Source of the DNA: Bacilli bacterium
GTDB taxonomy: Bacteria > Bacillota_I > Bacilli_A > RFN20 > CAG-826
Assembly (NCBI GenBank): GCA_045114745.1
Contig: JBGULD010000060.1
Coordinates: 676 to 64,675 of the forward strand
DNA length: 64,000 nucleotides
Direction of reading: 5' to 3'
Part shown: one piece after another, positions 11,098-20,035 of the stretch
How the letters are laid out: each line of letters opens with the position of its first letter
How positions within the stretch are numbered: the stretch's first letter is position 1
Program-made: the position numbers and the translations under genes
The notes under the pieces: generated by a model
Told to the model about the DNA's origin: nothing
The model's input: the letters and a program-made list of their open reading frames with translations, nothing else
Databases searched by the model: none

Positions 11098-13533
11098 CTA
11101 TTTCATGACTTTGATTGTTAAGTTCTTATATGTGGCGGCAGCACCATCTGTATATAAACCAACTGAACCGTGTACTGGACCTGTTTCAGTGACATAGGTA
11201 AGCATCAATTTACCATCTAAATAACATTTAATTGTGTTACCGATAACTTCCGCTTTTAAGACATAATCACGACCAGATTCAAATTCTTGGGCATCAGCCA
11301 CACCAGTTTTTGTCAAATTGTAATTACATTCAGTAATGAAAATTTTGGAATTATTCATGCCGACATAGAATCCTTGAATGGAGTTGGTATTTTCACCATT
11401 GGAGAAGGAAGCATTATCCGCTCTTAAGACCACACCAGCGGTATTGGATAATGTATCACCATCGAGATTGAGTGTGACTTCCACAGATGAATTAACAATG
11501 CCTTTATGACCGAATAATAATAATTGGCGGTTACCACTTAATGCGTAGTGGCCATCATTTCTGAGTTTCCATGTATTAACATAGTTAACACCTTGGGAAA
11601 CAAAATCATTTAAAGCATGGGTAAATGTTTCTTCTTTGTTAGAAGAGAGATAGAATTCTAAATCTCTAAACATAAATCCGAGTTCACCACTGACGGTGAG
11701 ATAATGGACACCTTTAGAGATGGCTAAACCACCAACATGTGTGGAGAATTCATCATCGTTTTGTTCAAACTTAATAAGCTTGAAGTTTTGATATGGTTCA
11801 TTATCAATTCTTAATTGACATGTTTTACCTTGCATCGATTGTGGTAATCTCATGTCTACACCATAATATCCACTTTCCTTGACATATATTTTATATGTCG
11901 CGGTATTCTTATTAAATTTCACATAATTAGAGCCGAGAAGGCCGTTTGTGTGTCTTTCTTGTAATCTCACCAAACTACTTTCGTTGATTGTGGAATACTT
12001 TCTATCGTATGTGTTAGCGAGAACTCTATTTTGTTTATAGTCATCTTGTTGACTAGAATCATGCGCAGCATTAGAGAAAGCTGTGTAATAAACGTTCGCC
12101 GTGGCAATATTTGTATAGCCAACTTTACCACCCGCGAAAGAGGTTTGAACTTTCTTAATGATGTTCATGTTATCGAAATATCCATCTAAGATGCCATCGC
12201 TATAGCTAACTCTTAAAGTATGTAGTTTCGAATAATCATATTTTTTCTTTAATTCATAAGAAGCGACTTCTGATTCATTACCGTTTTGAACCATTTTGAT
12301 TTCGACGATGTTTTTATGGTCAGCACCCTCTTCTTTAACGCTGATATATCCATAGTTAGATTCATCAACATAAGAGAATAAGCATTTTGCTGCCGCGCCG
12401 ACAAAGTTAAATTCAGCAGTAAAGATTTCTCCACTGGCTTTATCGGATAAAAGCATGGAATTAGCTTCTGTTAATGAAGAGCCATCTCTAACGGAGAATT
12501 CAGGCATTTGTGGAGTGATATTATCTTCTAATCCATATTGTGGAACGATCATTTCGCTACCATTAAACATCAATCTATTGATATTGAATCTTCTCTTTGG
12601 ACCAGCGGAAGATTCTAAGGAGTGATAAGCGATGTAATAGCTATCCATGTTTGGACCCATGACTGTACTGGAGTGGCCTAAGCCATTGAACTCAGAATCG
12701 GTTGATAATAACAAATTATCACCATATAAGAAGCCATCACGGTCAAACATTTCACCTTCAATCAAATCGTTATGGTAAGCATAGCCAACACGATAACCAG
12801 TAGAAAGAACACTATTACCGGTGAAGGCTAAATAATAAGTACCATCTTTTTTGATTAATGATGGACCTTCAGTCCAACCACCGATATCTGCGGTGGCAAT
12901 TCTTTTTGCGACATTAGAAACTGTCATGTTGTCATTCATCTTAATCATACGAATGCCAGTGCTGGACGCTCTTAAAAAGTAAACTGTTTCATCATCATCG
13001 ATAAAGAAACTACCATCAATTGATTCACCAAAATTATCTTGTGTTTTAACAAATGGACCTTCTGGAGAATCACTTTCTAACATGTAGTGACCATTGCCGG
13101 ATTGAGATTCACACATATAGAATTTGCCGTTCAAATATGTGACTTCAGGGGCATAAGCAGTTAAAGTGCAATCTTCTTTAGAAACATAACTAGCTTCAAA
13201 AGAAGAATTTTGGCATGGTGCCCAATGAATTAAATCGCTGCTCTTATAAGCACGAACACCAACTTGGCCATTCTTTGTGCTGCAATATAGATAATACATA
13301 CCATTGAAGCGATAAACGAATGGGTCACCAATTCCATATTCGCTCCATTGTTCTTCGATGCGTGTATCACCAAAAATATTTTTATAGAATTCACGATCGA
13401 TATTTTCTTTAATATCTTCAGCATCGATTAAGAAATCGACTTTAGAATTATCTCTCAAACCTTTAGGACCACCTTTACATGAGATTAATAAGCAGGCAGA
13501 TAACGCTACCATCAATAATGTTTTCTTTTTCAT
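11098..13533 (-). CDS. GH43-family lipoprotein with CBM-like and C-terminal jelly-roll domains
   Basis: Lipobox LISC; GH43 motifs GIGDPFVYRFNGMYYLY, YAPEVTYLNGKFYM, SIDGSFFIDDDETVYF, WTEGPSLIKKDGTYYLAFTG; CBM6-like YKIYVKESGYYGVDMRL; C-terminal GVVLRAD...GFYVGM...VGLYTDGAAATYKNLTI. Confidence 0.8.
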   Translation of the reverse strand: MKKKTLLMVALSACLLISCKGGPKGLRDNSKVDFLIDAEDIKENIDREFYKNIFGDTRIEEQWSEYGIGDPFVYRFNGMYYLYCSTKNGQVGVRAYKSSDLIHWAPCQNSSFEASYVSKEDCTLTAYAPEVTYLNGKFYMCESQSGNGHYMLESDSPEGPFVKTQDNFGESIDGSFFIDDDETVYFLRASSTGIRMIKMNDNMTVSNVAKRIATADIGGWTEGPSLIKKDGTYYLAFTGNSVLSTGYRVGYAYHNDLIEGEMFDRDGFLYGDNLLLSTDSEFNGLGHSSTVMGPNMDSYYIAYHSLESSAGPKRRFNINRLMFNGSEMIVPQYGLEDNITPQMPEFSVRDGSSLTEANSMLLSDKASGEIFTAEFNFVGAAAKCLFSYVDESNYGYISVKEEGADHKNIVEIKMVQNGNESEVASYELKKKYDYSKLHTLRVSYSDGILDGYFDNMNIIKKVQTSFAGGKVGYTNIATANVYYTAFSNAAHDSSQQDDYKQNRVLANTYDRKYSTINESSLVRLQERHTNGLLGSNYVKFNKNTATYKIYVKESGYYGVDMRLPQSMQGKTCQLRIDNEPYQNFKLIKFEQNDDEFSTHVGGLAISKGVHYLTVSGELGFMFRDLEFYLSSNKEETFTHALNDFVSQGVNYVNTWKLRNDGHYALSGNRQLLLFGHKGIVNSSVEVTLNLDGDTLSNTAGVVLRADNASFSNGENTNSIQGFYVGMNNSKIFITECNYNLTKTGVADAQEFESGRDYVLKAEVIGNTIKCYLDGKLMLTYVTETGPVHGSVGLYTDGAAATYKNLTIKVMK

Positions 13534-13547
13534 ACTTTTCTACCTCC

Positions 13548-15653
13548 TTATTCTTGAATTGTATTCGTTGAGTCGACACGGACATATTGGTTTGGTCTCT
13601 CCGGATCGACATATTTATTCTTGTAGGCATATCCATCCCAGTCATTGGCGTAGATATTGAATACACCAAAGGAGAAACCTAGGATTGTAGATTGTGTTAA
13701 TGAAGAATTAAGTGTGGTATATGGAATCTTTACTAACATGTGTGTGTCATCCATATAAATATTCACTTGTTCTTTATTTAATTGAGTTTCTGGCGTGGAA
13801 TAGGAATGGAAATCCTTAATCTTTCCACGACCAGTAGAAATAACCATGATATAGGTATTTCCATCTCTTGTTGTTCTTGAAGTAGCACCGCTATCGATAA
13901 ATAGTTCGATAGTTTCTTCACCTCTCCATTTCGCCTTGTTTGTGGTGAATTGCACATAAACAGAAGAGGCATCGGTGTGATCAATCTTTGCAGTAACCTT
14001 AGAGAATGTTACATAAGAAGCGGCCTTACCAGCAAATGTTCCTAAATTAACATAACCTCTGGTATCAGCAGCGTAATTATAATAATCGGCAACGCCAGTA
14101 TTATCTTCGATAACTGTGCCATCTGGATTTTGTCTCACATATAAAGATGGGTTTTCAACAAGAGAATATTCGCCTTCTCTATTCATTGGTTCCCAGTCTC
14201 TAATGACGTTATCCCAAATACCAAATGAGTAACCAATAACAGCGTCTTTATTAGTATTTAATAAGGCATATGGAATATAGATATCGTAAACATTACCAAC
14301 TGCGGTAAATTCCATAAACATCTTGGAATGTCTTGTGACCGCACCTTTTGGATCACTGGCAATGAAATAAACTTTGTCTTCAAAGAAGGCAATACACCAT
14401 GACTCATCATCAGTGACGGTTCTTGTATCACTACCAGTATCAATATAAAGCTCGTATTGTTGATAATTATCAAACTTCGTATTATCAATTGATAATTTCA
14501 AAGAAAGACCATATTTATCATGACGAGAAGCCTCTAATGTTAAAACATAGATTAACTTTTTAGATGTTTCACCAATATAGACATAATTTGGTACTGCTTC
14601 ATCATCACCACTGCCGGGTAATAATTGGACATCATAAGTAAAGTCACCACCCGCTAAAATCATGTCAGCAGAATGGATTGTATATTTATGAGATTTATAA
14701 CCAGTATAAGAAACGGTTAACGCTAAAGGATTTAATGGACTATAATCAGGAATCTCATATCTTCCTTGAGCGTCTGTATGATAGATTTCACCATTCGCTT
14801 CAATGGTGGCGTTATTGATTGGTTGACTATTTTCATCGACAACCACACCTTTAACAGAAATATCATCCACAGAAATACCACGAGCGGAGAAATTGTTACC
14901 GCTATAAGTAATGTAGTTATTTGGTGTTTGTGGTTCCACTAAAACACCATCAAAGATAAGTCCATCCCAAGTGACTTCCTCTAAAGGTTCAGTGGTTGTT
15001 TTGTTAACATTACCAAACGCCACACCGAAAGCGGAATTTTTATCACAACCGATTTGGTTCCAAGGAATCATACCTTCAACTGCATAACCAGTATCAACAT
15101 CACTGTTATCGTTAAGCGTGCCAGAAATCTTGGTTTCGTATTGACACAAACCGTTCCAGTTACTCCAATGTGTACCACTACCAACTAAGATACGTGTCTT
15201 ATCATGAACACCTAAGTTAATTTGGTAGTCATCAGTTCTAGGAGCGACACCACCATCATTTAAGGAGTCGATATAAATCTCCACCGAATCACTTTGAGAG
15301 ACATCATCGCCATTGTCATTTCCTTTGGCGTTAATATACTTATCACTTACTCTAAAGAAGAAGAATAATGAATTGTTTCCTCTTAACAATTTCACGCTAA
15401 TTTGATTAGTATTATTGGAGAATTGCAGGGTTTGACTAACATTTGGGCCAGTCCAAGCCTCATCATTATCATCGCCATCGATATTGATTTCTGGTTTCAC
15501 AAAATTACCATCGAAATCAAAATTTCCAGGCTCAGTATTAATGCCATTCTTATTAAACGGATCATATCCTGAAGCAATTTTATTGGAACTACAACCACCT
15601 AGCAGTAAAGCCAATAAAGAGATCGGAAATAGTACCTTTTTTACAAATCTCAT
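13548..15653 (-). CDS. Lipoprotein with three CBM9/DOMON-like modules and a carboxypeptidase-regulatory-like beta-sandwich
   Basis: Lipobox LGGC; INIDGDDNDEAWTG..SDSVEIYIDS..GYAVEGMIPW (CBM9-like); VKGVVVDENSQPINNATIEANGEIYHTDAQGRYEI; two further repeats with YELYIDTGSD and IELFIDSGAT. No catalytic motif recognised. Confidence 0.6.
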   Translation of the reverse strand: MRFVKKVLFPISLLALLLGGCSSNKIASGYDPFNKNGINTEPGNFDFDGNFVKPEINIDGDDNDEAWTGPNVSQTLQFSNNTNQISVKLLRGNNSLFFFFRVSDKYINAKGNDNGDDVSQSDSVEIYIDSLNDGGVAPRTDDYQINLGVHDKTRILVGSGTHWSNWNGLCQYETKISGTLNDNSDVDTGYAVEGMIPWNQIGCDKNSAFGVAFGNVNKTTTEPLEEVTWDGLIFDGVLVEPQTPNNYITYSGNNFSARGISVDDISVKGVVVDENSQPINNATIEANGEIYHTDAQGRYEIPDYSPLNPLALTVSYTGYKSHKYTIHSADMILAGGDFTYDVQLLPGSGDDEAVPNYVYIGETSKKLIYVLTLEASRHDKYGLSLKLSIDNTKFDNYQQYELYIDTGSDTRTVTDDESWCIAFFEDKVYFIASDPKGAVTRHSKMFMEFTAVGNVYDIYIPYALLNTNKDAVIGYSFGIWDNVIRDWEPMNREGEYSLVENPSLYVRQNPDGTVIEDNTGVADYYNYAADTRGYVNLGTFAGKAASYVTFSKVTAKIDHTDASSVYVQFTTNKAKWRGEETIELFIDSGATSRTTRDGNTYIMVISTGRGKIKDFHSYSTPETQLNKEQVNIYMDDTHMLVKIPYTTLNSSLTQSTILGFSFGVFNIYANDWDGYAYKNKYVDPERPNQYVRVDSTNTIQE

Positions 15654-15820
15654 AATCTTTTACCTCCGAAGAATAATTGATATATCGAGAAAGCGGCATT
15701 TGCAGCCTCTTTATGTAAAGCAATGTTTTGTTGAACGATAATATGAACAATCATAAAGACCACCAAGCCAACGCAAAGTGTTACCCAGCATATAAATAGA
15801 ATCATCGACTTTTTGTTCAT
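15650..15820 (-). CDS. Unannotated 56-aa small membrane protein
   Basis: Below the ORF-track size cutoff. Own translation MNKKSMILFICWVTLCVGLVVFMIVHIIVQQNIALHKEAANAAFSIYQLFFGGKRL; one clear TM helix. ATG lies 1 nt after the permease stop and its TGA overlaps the ATG of the 13548-15653 gene (ATGA). Confidence 0.5.
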   Translation of the reverse strand: MNKKSMILFICWVTLCVGLVVFMIVHIIVQQNIALHKEAANAAFSIYQLFFGGKRL

Positions 15821-15821
15821 A

Positions 15822-16742
15822 TTAGCCTTTCACCCCACTAGTCACCGCGGTCTTAACAAACATATTTCTAAATAACAAGAAGATAGCAATCATTGGTAAT
15901 GACGCAATAAATGCACTAGCCATCATTTCTGAGAAACCTAAATTAGTGCCATAAGAATCAATCATAGATGTAATAACAACTTGAACTGTTTTGGTGTCAC
16001 CAGTTAAATACATACTTGGTGCGAAATAGTCATTCCAAATACCGACAAACCAGAAAATCATCTGTGCCGCAATCGCATTCTTTGATAATGGCAAAGCAAG
16101 TTGCCACCACATTCTAAAATATGAACAACCATCCACTTTCGCAGATTCAATGACACTATCATGGATAGAATTCTTCATTGATGTTACCAAGAAGAATGTC
16201 ATACCAATATTGCCAAATAGTCCTGGAACGATTAATGGGAGTAATCTCACAAATCCAATTGGAGATGTTGTCACATTTAATGATTGCCAAACACGATATT
16301 GTGGAAGCATAACTGCGGCATATGGAATCATCATTGTAGTCATTAAACAAATGAATATTATTTTCTTGAATCTAAATCTCAGTTTAGCAAAAGCAAATGC
16401 ACACATTGTGGAGACCAAAGTTCCAACGACGATAACCGGTACTTCAATGAGCATGGTGTTACCCATGGCTTTCCATAAATTATATTTATCGTCTTGCATA
16501 ACAATAGAGAAAATACTCCAGTTAGGATTTGCGGGCCATATGATGAGCTTGGTGGACATGTTTTCACCATAAGACTTAATTGATGACACAAACATCCAGA
16601 AATATGGGAAGACCATGCTAAAAGCACCGATAATAACGAATATGGTAGCAATAATCCATACCGTTTTTTCACCCGTGGTCATCTTATTAAATTCGATACC
16701 ACTTTTCTTATTCACTTTTCGACCAACTAAAATATCTTCCAT
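15822..16742 (-). CDS. Carbohydrate ABC transporter permease (MalG-like)
   Basis: 306 aa, 6 predicted TM segments, EAA-type loop ESAKVDGCSYFRMWWQLALPL. Confidence 0.9.
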   Translation of the reverse strand: MEDILVGRKVNKKSGIEFNKMTTGEKTVWIIATIFVIIGAFSMVFPYFWMFVSSIKSYGENMSTKLIIWPANPNWSIFSIVMQDDKYNLWKAMGNTMLIEVPVIVVGTLVSTMCAFAFAKLRFRFKKIIFICLMTTMMIPYAAVMLPQYRVWQSLNVTTSPIGFVRLLPLIVPGLFGNIGMTFFLVTSMKNSIHDSVIESAKVDGCSYFRMWWQLALPLSKNAIAAQMIFWFVGIWNDYFAPSMYLTGDTKTVQVVITSMIDSYGTNLGFSEMMASAFIASLPMIAIFLLFRNMFVKTAVTSGVKG

Positions 16743-16743
16743 A

Positions 16744-17640
16744 TTAAATGTCTAATACCTTTGTGCGTTTAAATTGAATAATTGTAATAATGCAAATAGA
16801 AATTGCTAAAACTACGGAAGCCGCTGAAGCTAATCCATAATTCTTCGAACCAATACCATAGGTCCAAATATAATAGACAATTGTCTGTGCATTTTTATTC
16901 CCAGCCGCAAAAATCTTCGCGTCTGCATAACTTTGTAACCCGCCAATAATTGACGTCACCACTAGATAGAATGTTGTTGGTGACACCAATGGGATTGTAA
17001 TGTGCACTAATTGCTGGAACTTATTCGCTCCATCAATCATGCTCGATTCATAATAATCGTTTGGAATATTATTTAAGCCAGCAAGATATAAAATCATTGT
17101 GCCACCAATGCCACCCCAAACTCCTCGGATCATAATAGCAATCTTTATGGTCCAGAAATTCGAGACATCAAACCAGTCAATCTTAAAACCAAAAACATTA
17201 TTTAAAATGCCATATTCATAATTGAAGATAAATCTCCAAACAAGATTAACAGCGACAGCGCTAGTAATTGCTGGTAAATAATAAAGCAAGGATAAAACTT
17301 TTGATCCTCTAGCGAGTTTCTTTAAATAAACCGCTAACAAAAGACCAATAGTGATACCTAAAGGTATCGATAATAATAAAATCACCGTATTCAAAGCGGC
17401 ATTACCAAATTCTGACGATTGAAATAAGGTGATATAGTTATCAAAGCCAATAAACTTCATCGTTTCACGATGAATGTTGTATTTATTGAATGATAAATAA
17501 AAAGAATAAGATGTTGCTAGAACTGTGAAGAGAAGAAAACCGATAATCGGAATTAAGACAAATAAATAAGCCGCACGCTCTTCCTTGCGTGATTGTTCAT
17601 TTAATCTAGTCTTTTTTCTTTTTTCAACAGTTCTTAGCAT
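16744..17640 (-). CDS. Carbohydrate ABC transporter permease (MalF-like)
   Basis: 298 aa, multi-TM, EAA-type loop ESSMIDGANKFQQLVHITIPL. Confidence 0.9.
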   Translation of the reverse strand: MLRTVEKRKKTRLNEQSRKEERAAYLFVLIPIIGFLLFTVLATSYSFYLSFNKYNIHRETMKFIGFDNYITLFQSSEFGNAALNTVILLLSIPLGITIGLLLAVYLKKLARGSKVLSLLYYLPAITSAVAVNLVWRFIFNYEYGILNNVFGFKIDWFDVSNFWTIKIAIMIRGVWGGIGGTMILYLAGLNNIPNDYYESSMIDGANKFQQLVHITIPLVSPTTFYLVVTSIIGGLQSYADAKIFAAGNKNAQTIVYYIWTYGIGSKNYGLASAASVVLAISICIITIIQFKRTKVLDI

Positions 17641-17643
17641 AGA

Positions 17644-19032
17644 CTATTCGAGATTAGCAGCGCTATCATCAAGTCCTTTTTGGAATCTGGCATTATAAGA
17701 TGCACACCATGACTCAGCAGTTTGTTCACCACTCCACACAGGAGATAAGTCAGCTAATAAATCATCGTAGCATGTGCCATCATATAAATAGTATTTTGCT
17801 CTTCTCTTAGAGGTGACTTTATCAGTGGTTTCCACCATATCAAGCCACACTTGTTTATGAGCAGGGAGTAATTTACGATCACTAAGACCAACGTTATTTA
17901 AGAAATCGGTCTTAGCCATTTGTTTATTATTTGGCATAGCTTGGCCAATCTTATAGTTTTCACGATTAGCGGTTTCCGAGAATGTTAACCATTTGGCCAA
18001 TTTCACAGAAGCTTCTTTTTTGGCTTTTTCTTTCGCTGAAGAACCAAAGCTATTGCGGCACACAAAGGCAACGGAACCAACCCAAGAAGTTGACTTACTA
18101 CCTGAAGCAGTACCAACTGGTGTTGGGATGATATCAAAATTGAAACGGATGTTTTCCCAATACGCTTTTAAGTCCCATGGACCCATAAATGTAAATAAGC
18201 AACCTTCGTTAAGGAATCTAGTATAACCATTTTGTGCACGTTGTTCCGCATCTGTAGGCATAACGTGATGGACCAAAGATAAATCTGCAATCCATTGAAG
18301 AGCATCAGTGAAGTTCTTTTCGCTAATGCGAGATGTTCTGGCATCTTCGGTAAAGAAATCAGCATTATTGCTCCAAACAGCGTCCATTAGTTCATATGAG
18401 GAAACGCCATAACCTTTTTGATTCTTTTCAGAAACCAAATATGGTTTTAATTGAACTAAATAATCAACAAATTCATCAAATGTCATTGGTTCAGTAAATG
18501 ATGGATAAGAAATTGTCACACTATCAGCAGCGGCTTTTGCAATCGCGGCATCAAGCATATCGGTATTAAAGCATAAGGAATATGGACCCAAGTCTTTCGG
18601 AAGACCATATAATTTGCCTTTCCCTAAAGTAAATGTGGAACGTTCATAACGATACATAGAAATGGATTGTTCCCACACCTGATTGATTTCTTCTTGAGTC
18701 ACATAGTCATCTAATGGAAGAAGTTTTCCGCCATCAGCCCAACCAAAGAATTCATAATCAGGAATATAGAAAACATCTGGTAATGATTTACCTTTGTTCT
18801 CTAATGTATTCATATAAGAACCAGAATCTGTGGCTTCATAAACCACTTTGATATCTTGGTTTTCTTCCATAAATTTATTGATAAGATGTTGGAAGTTGGC
18901 TTGTTCTTCTGCAGCGCCCCAGCCAAAGAAATTAACAACCGTTTTTCCTTCTGGGTCTTTGTTTTGTCCCTTACATTCAACCAAAATAAAAGGGACAACA
19001 AATAAAGTAAGGATTGATTTAATTCTTTTCAT
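17644..19032 (-). CDS. Sugar ABC transporter substrate-binding protein (family 1), probable lipoprotein
   Basis: 462 aa; signal peptide with atypical lipobox LVEC; VVNFFGWGAAEE..DVFYIPDYEF..GLPKDLGP pattern typical of family-1 sugar binding proteins; AGGTGGA SD. Confidence 0.85.
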   Translation of the reverse strand: MKRIKSILTLFVVPFILVECKGQNKDPEGKTVVNFFGWGAAEEQANFQHLINKFMEENQDIKVVYEATDSGSYMNTLENKGKSLPDVFYIPDYEFFGWADGGKLLPLDDYVTQEEINQVWEQSISMYRYERSTFTLGKGKLYGLPKDLGPYSLCFNTDMLDAAIAKAAADSVTISYPSFTEPMTFDEFVDYLVQLKPYLVSEKNQKGYGVSSYELMDAVWSNNADFFTEDARTSRISEKNFTDALQWIADLSLVHHVMPTDAEQRAQNGYTRFLNEGCLFTFMGPWDLKAYWENIRFNFDIIPTPVGTASGSKSTSWVGSVAFVCRNSFGSSAKEKAKKEASVKLAKWLTFSETANRENYKIGQAMPNNKQMAKTDFLNNVGLSDRKLLPAHKQVWLDMVETTDKVTSKRRAKYYLYDGTCYDDLLADLSPVWSGEQTAESWCASYNARFQKGLDDSAANLE

Positions 19033-19234
19033 AAAATATCCACCTGAATAATTGTATTCTATATAATTATTGGCTTATAGTTAATGACTTTTTATATTAT
19101 ATGAATATATTTTTTTAGTTTTGAAAATATGAATGAAAACAAATAGATAGCGGATAAAATTTTATTAATAAAATTAATGTTTTTAATATATTTACTATCT
19201 TTTTCTGTTTTTTAATTTTTAAAGATGTTATATT

Positions 19235-19240
19235 TATAAT
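19235..19240 (+). promoter_or_regulatory. -10 box TATAAT 6 nt upstream of the AraC start; probable leaderless transcript
   Basis: TATTTATAATACTAAT-ATG; no SD. Confidence 0.45.
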
Positions 19241-19246
19241 ACTAAT

Positions 19247-20035
19247 ATGAACTTTAATGTCTTATTTCCTAACTCCGCAATTATTGAACCACCAAACTTT
19301 GTCATGAATCGTGAAAAGGGTGGGGTGCGTTATATGTTCTTCCATTTTGTGAATCCAGTAGAGATTACCCTTGATGGTCAAACATTTGTCACAAACCCAG
19401 GTGCGGTAATTTTATATGCGCCTAACTATCCACAAATATTCCGGCCTTATAACGGAAGACTTAATCACGACTATGTTGATTTTGAGGTCATTAATGAAAA
19501 GTTCTTTGATGATATTCACTTCCAATTAAATACGGTTATATATCCAAGAATGAGTAAATTTATAACTGCTTCAATAAAAGAGATAAATGAAGAAAAAAAG
19601 ACAGAACATGCGGGTTTTGCATATGAAATTGATGCAAAATTCACTTTATTACTATTATCAATTGCCCGTTCTTTAATCACAAAAAAGAACCACAAAGATG
19701 TCGGTTTAGAAACTCAACAACAAAATGAATTTGAACAATTAAGATTATCTTTATATACCGATCCAAGTCATGCGACAGTATCTAGTCTTGCGGCATCAAT
19801 GGGTTTCTCTTCATCCTATTTTAATAAGAAATATAAAGAACTATTTCACGTGCGACCAATAGATGACATCAATCATGCTAGGATTGAATATGTCAAAGCA
19901 CTTCTCTTACAAAATCAAAACATCACCACTATTGTGGATGCCTTAGGTTTTTCTAATACAGAATACTTCTATCGTTGGTTTAAGAAAATGACAGGAGTTA
20001 CTCCTAAAGAATTTGTGGAGACAAATAATAATTAG
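19247..20035 (+). CDS. AraC family transcriptional regulator
   Basis: 262 aa; C-terminal double HTH VSSLAASMGFSSSYFNKKYKELFHVRP...ALGFSNTEYFYRWFKKMTGVTPKEF; divergent from ABC operon A. Confidence 0.9.
   Translation: MNFNVLFPNSAIIEPPNFVMNREKGGVRYMFFHFVNPVEITLDGQTFVTNPGAVILYAPNYPQIFRPYNGRLNHDYVDFEVINEKFFDDIHFQLNTVIYPRMSKFITASIKEINEEKKTEHAGFAYEIDAKFTLLLLSIARSLITKKNHKDVGLETQQQNEFEQLRLSLYTDPSHATVSSLAASMGFSSSYFNKKYKELFHVRPIDDINHARIEYVKALLLQNQNITTIVDALGFSNTEYFYRWFKKMTGVTPKEFVETNNN

Noticed and set aside
16150-16572. 140-aa plus-strand ORF, plus the many other 60-110 aa ORFs nested in long genes
   Set aside because: All are antisense to, or out of frame with, strongly supported long CDSs. None has an SD or a recognisable motif.
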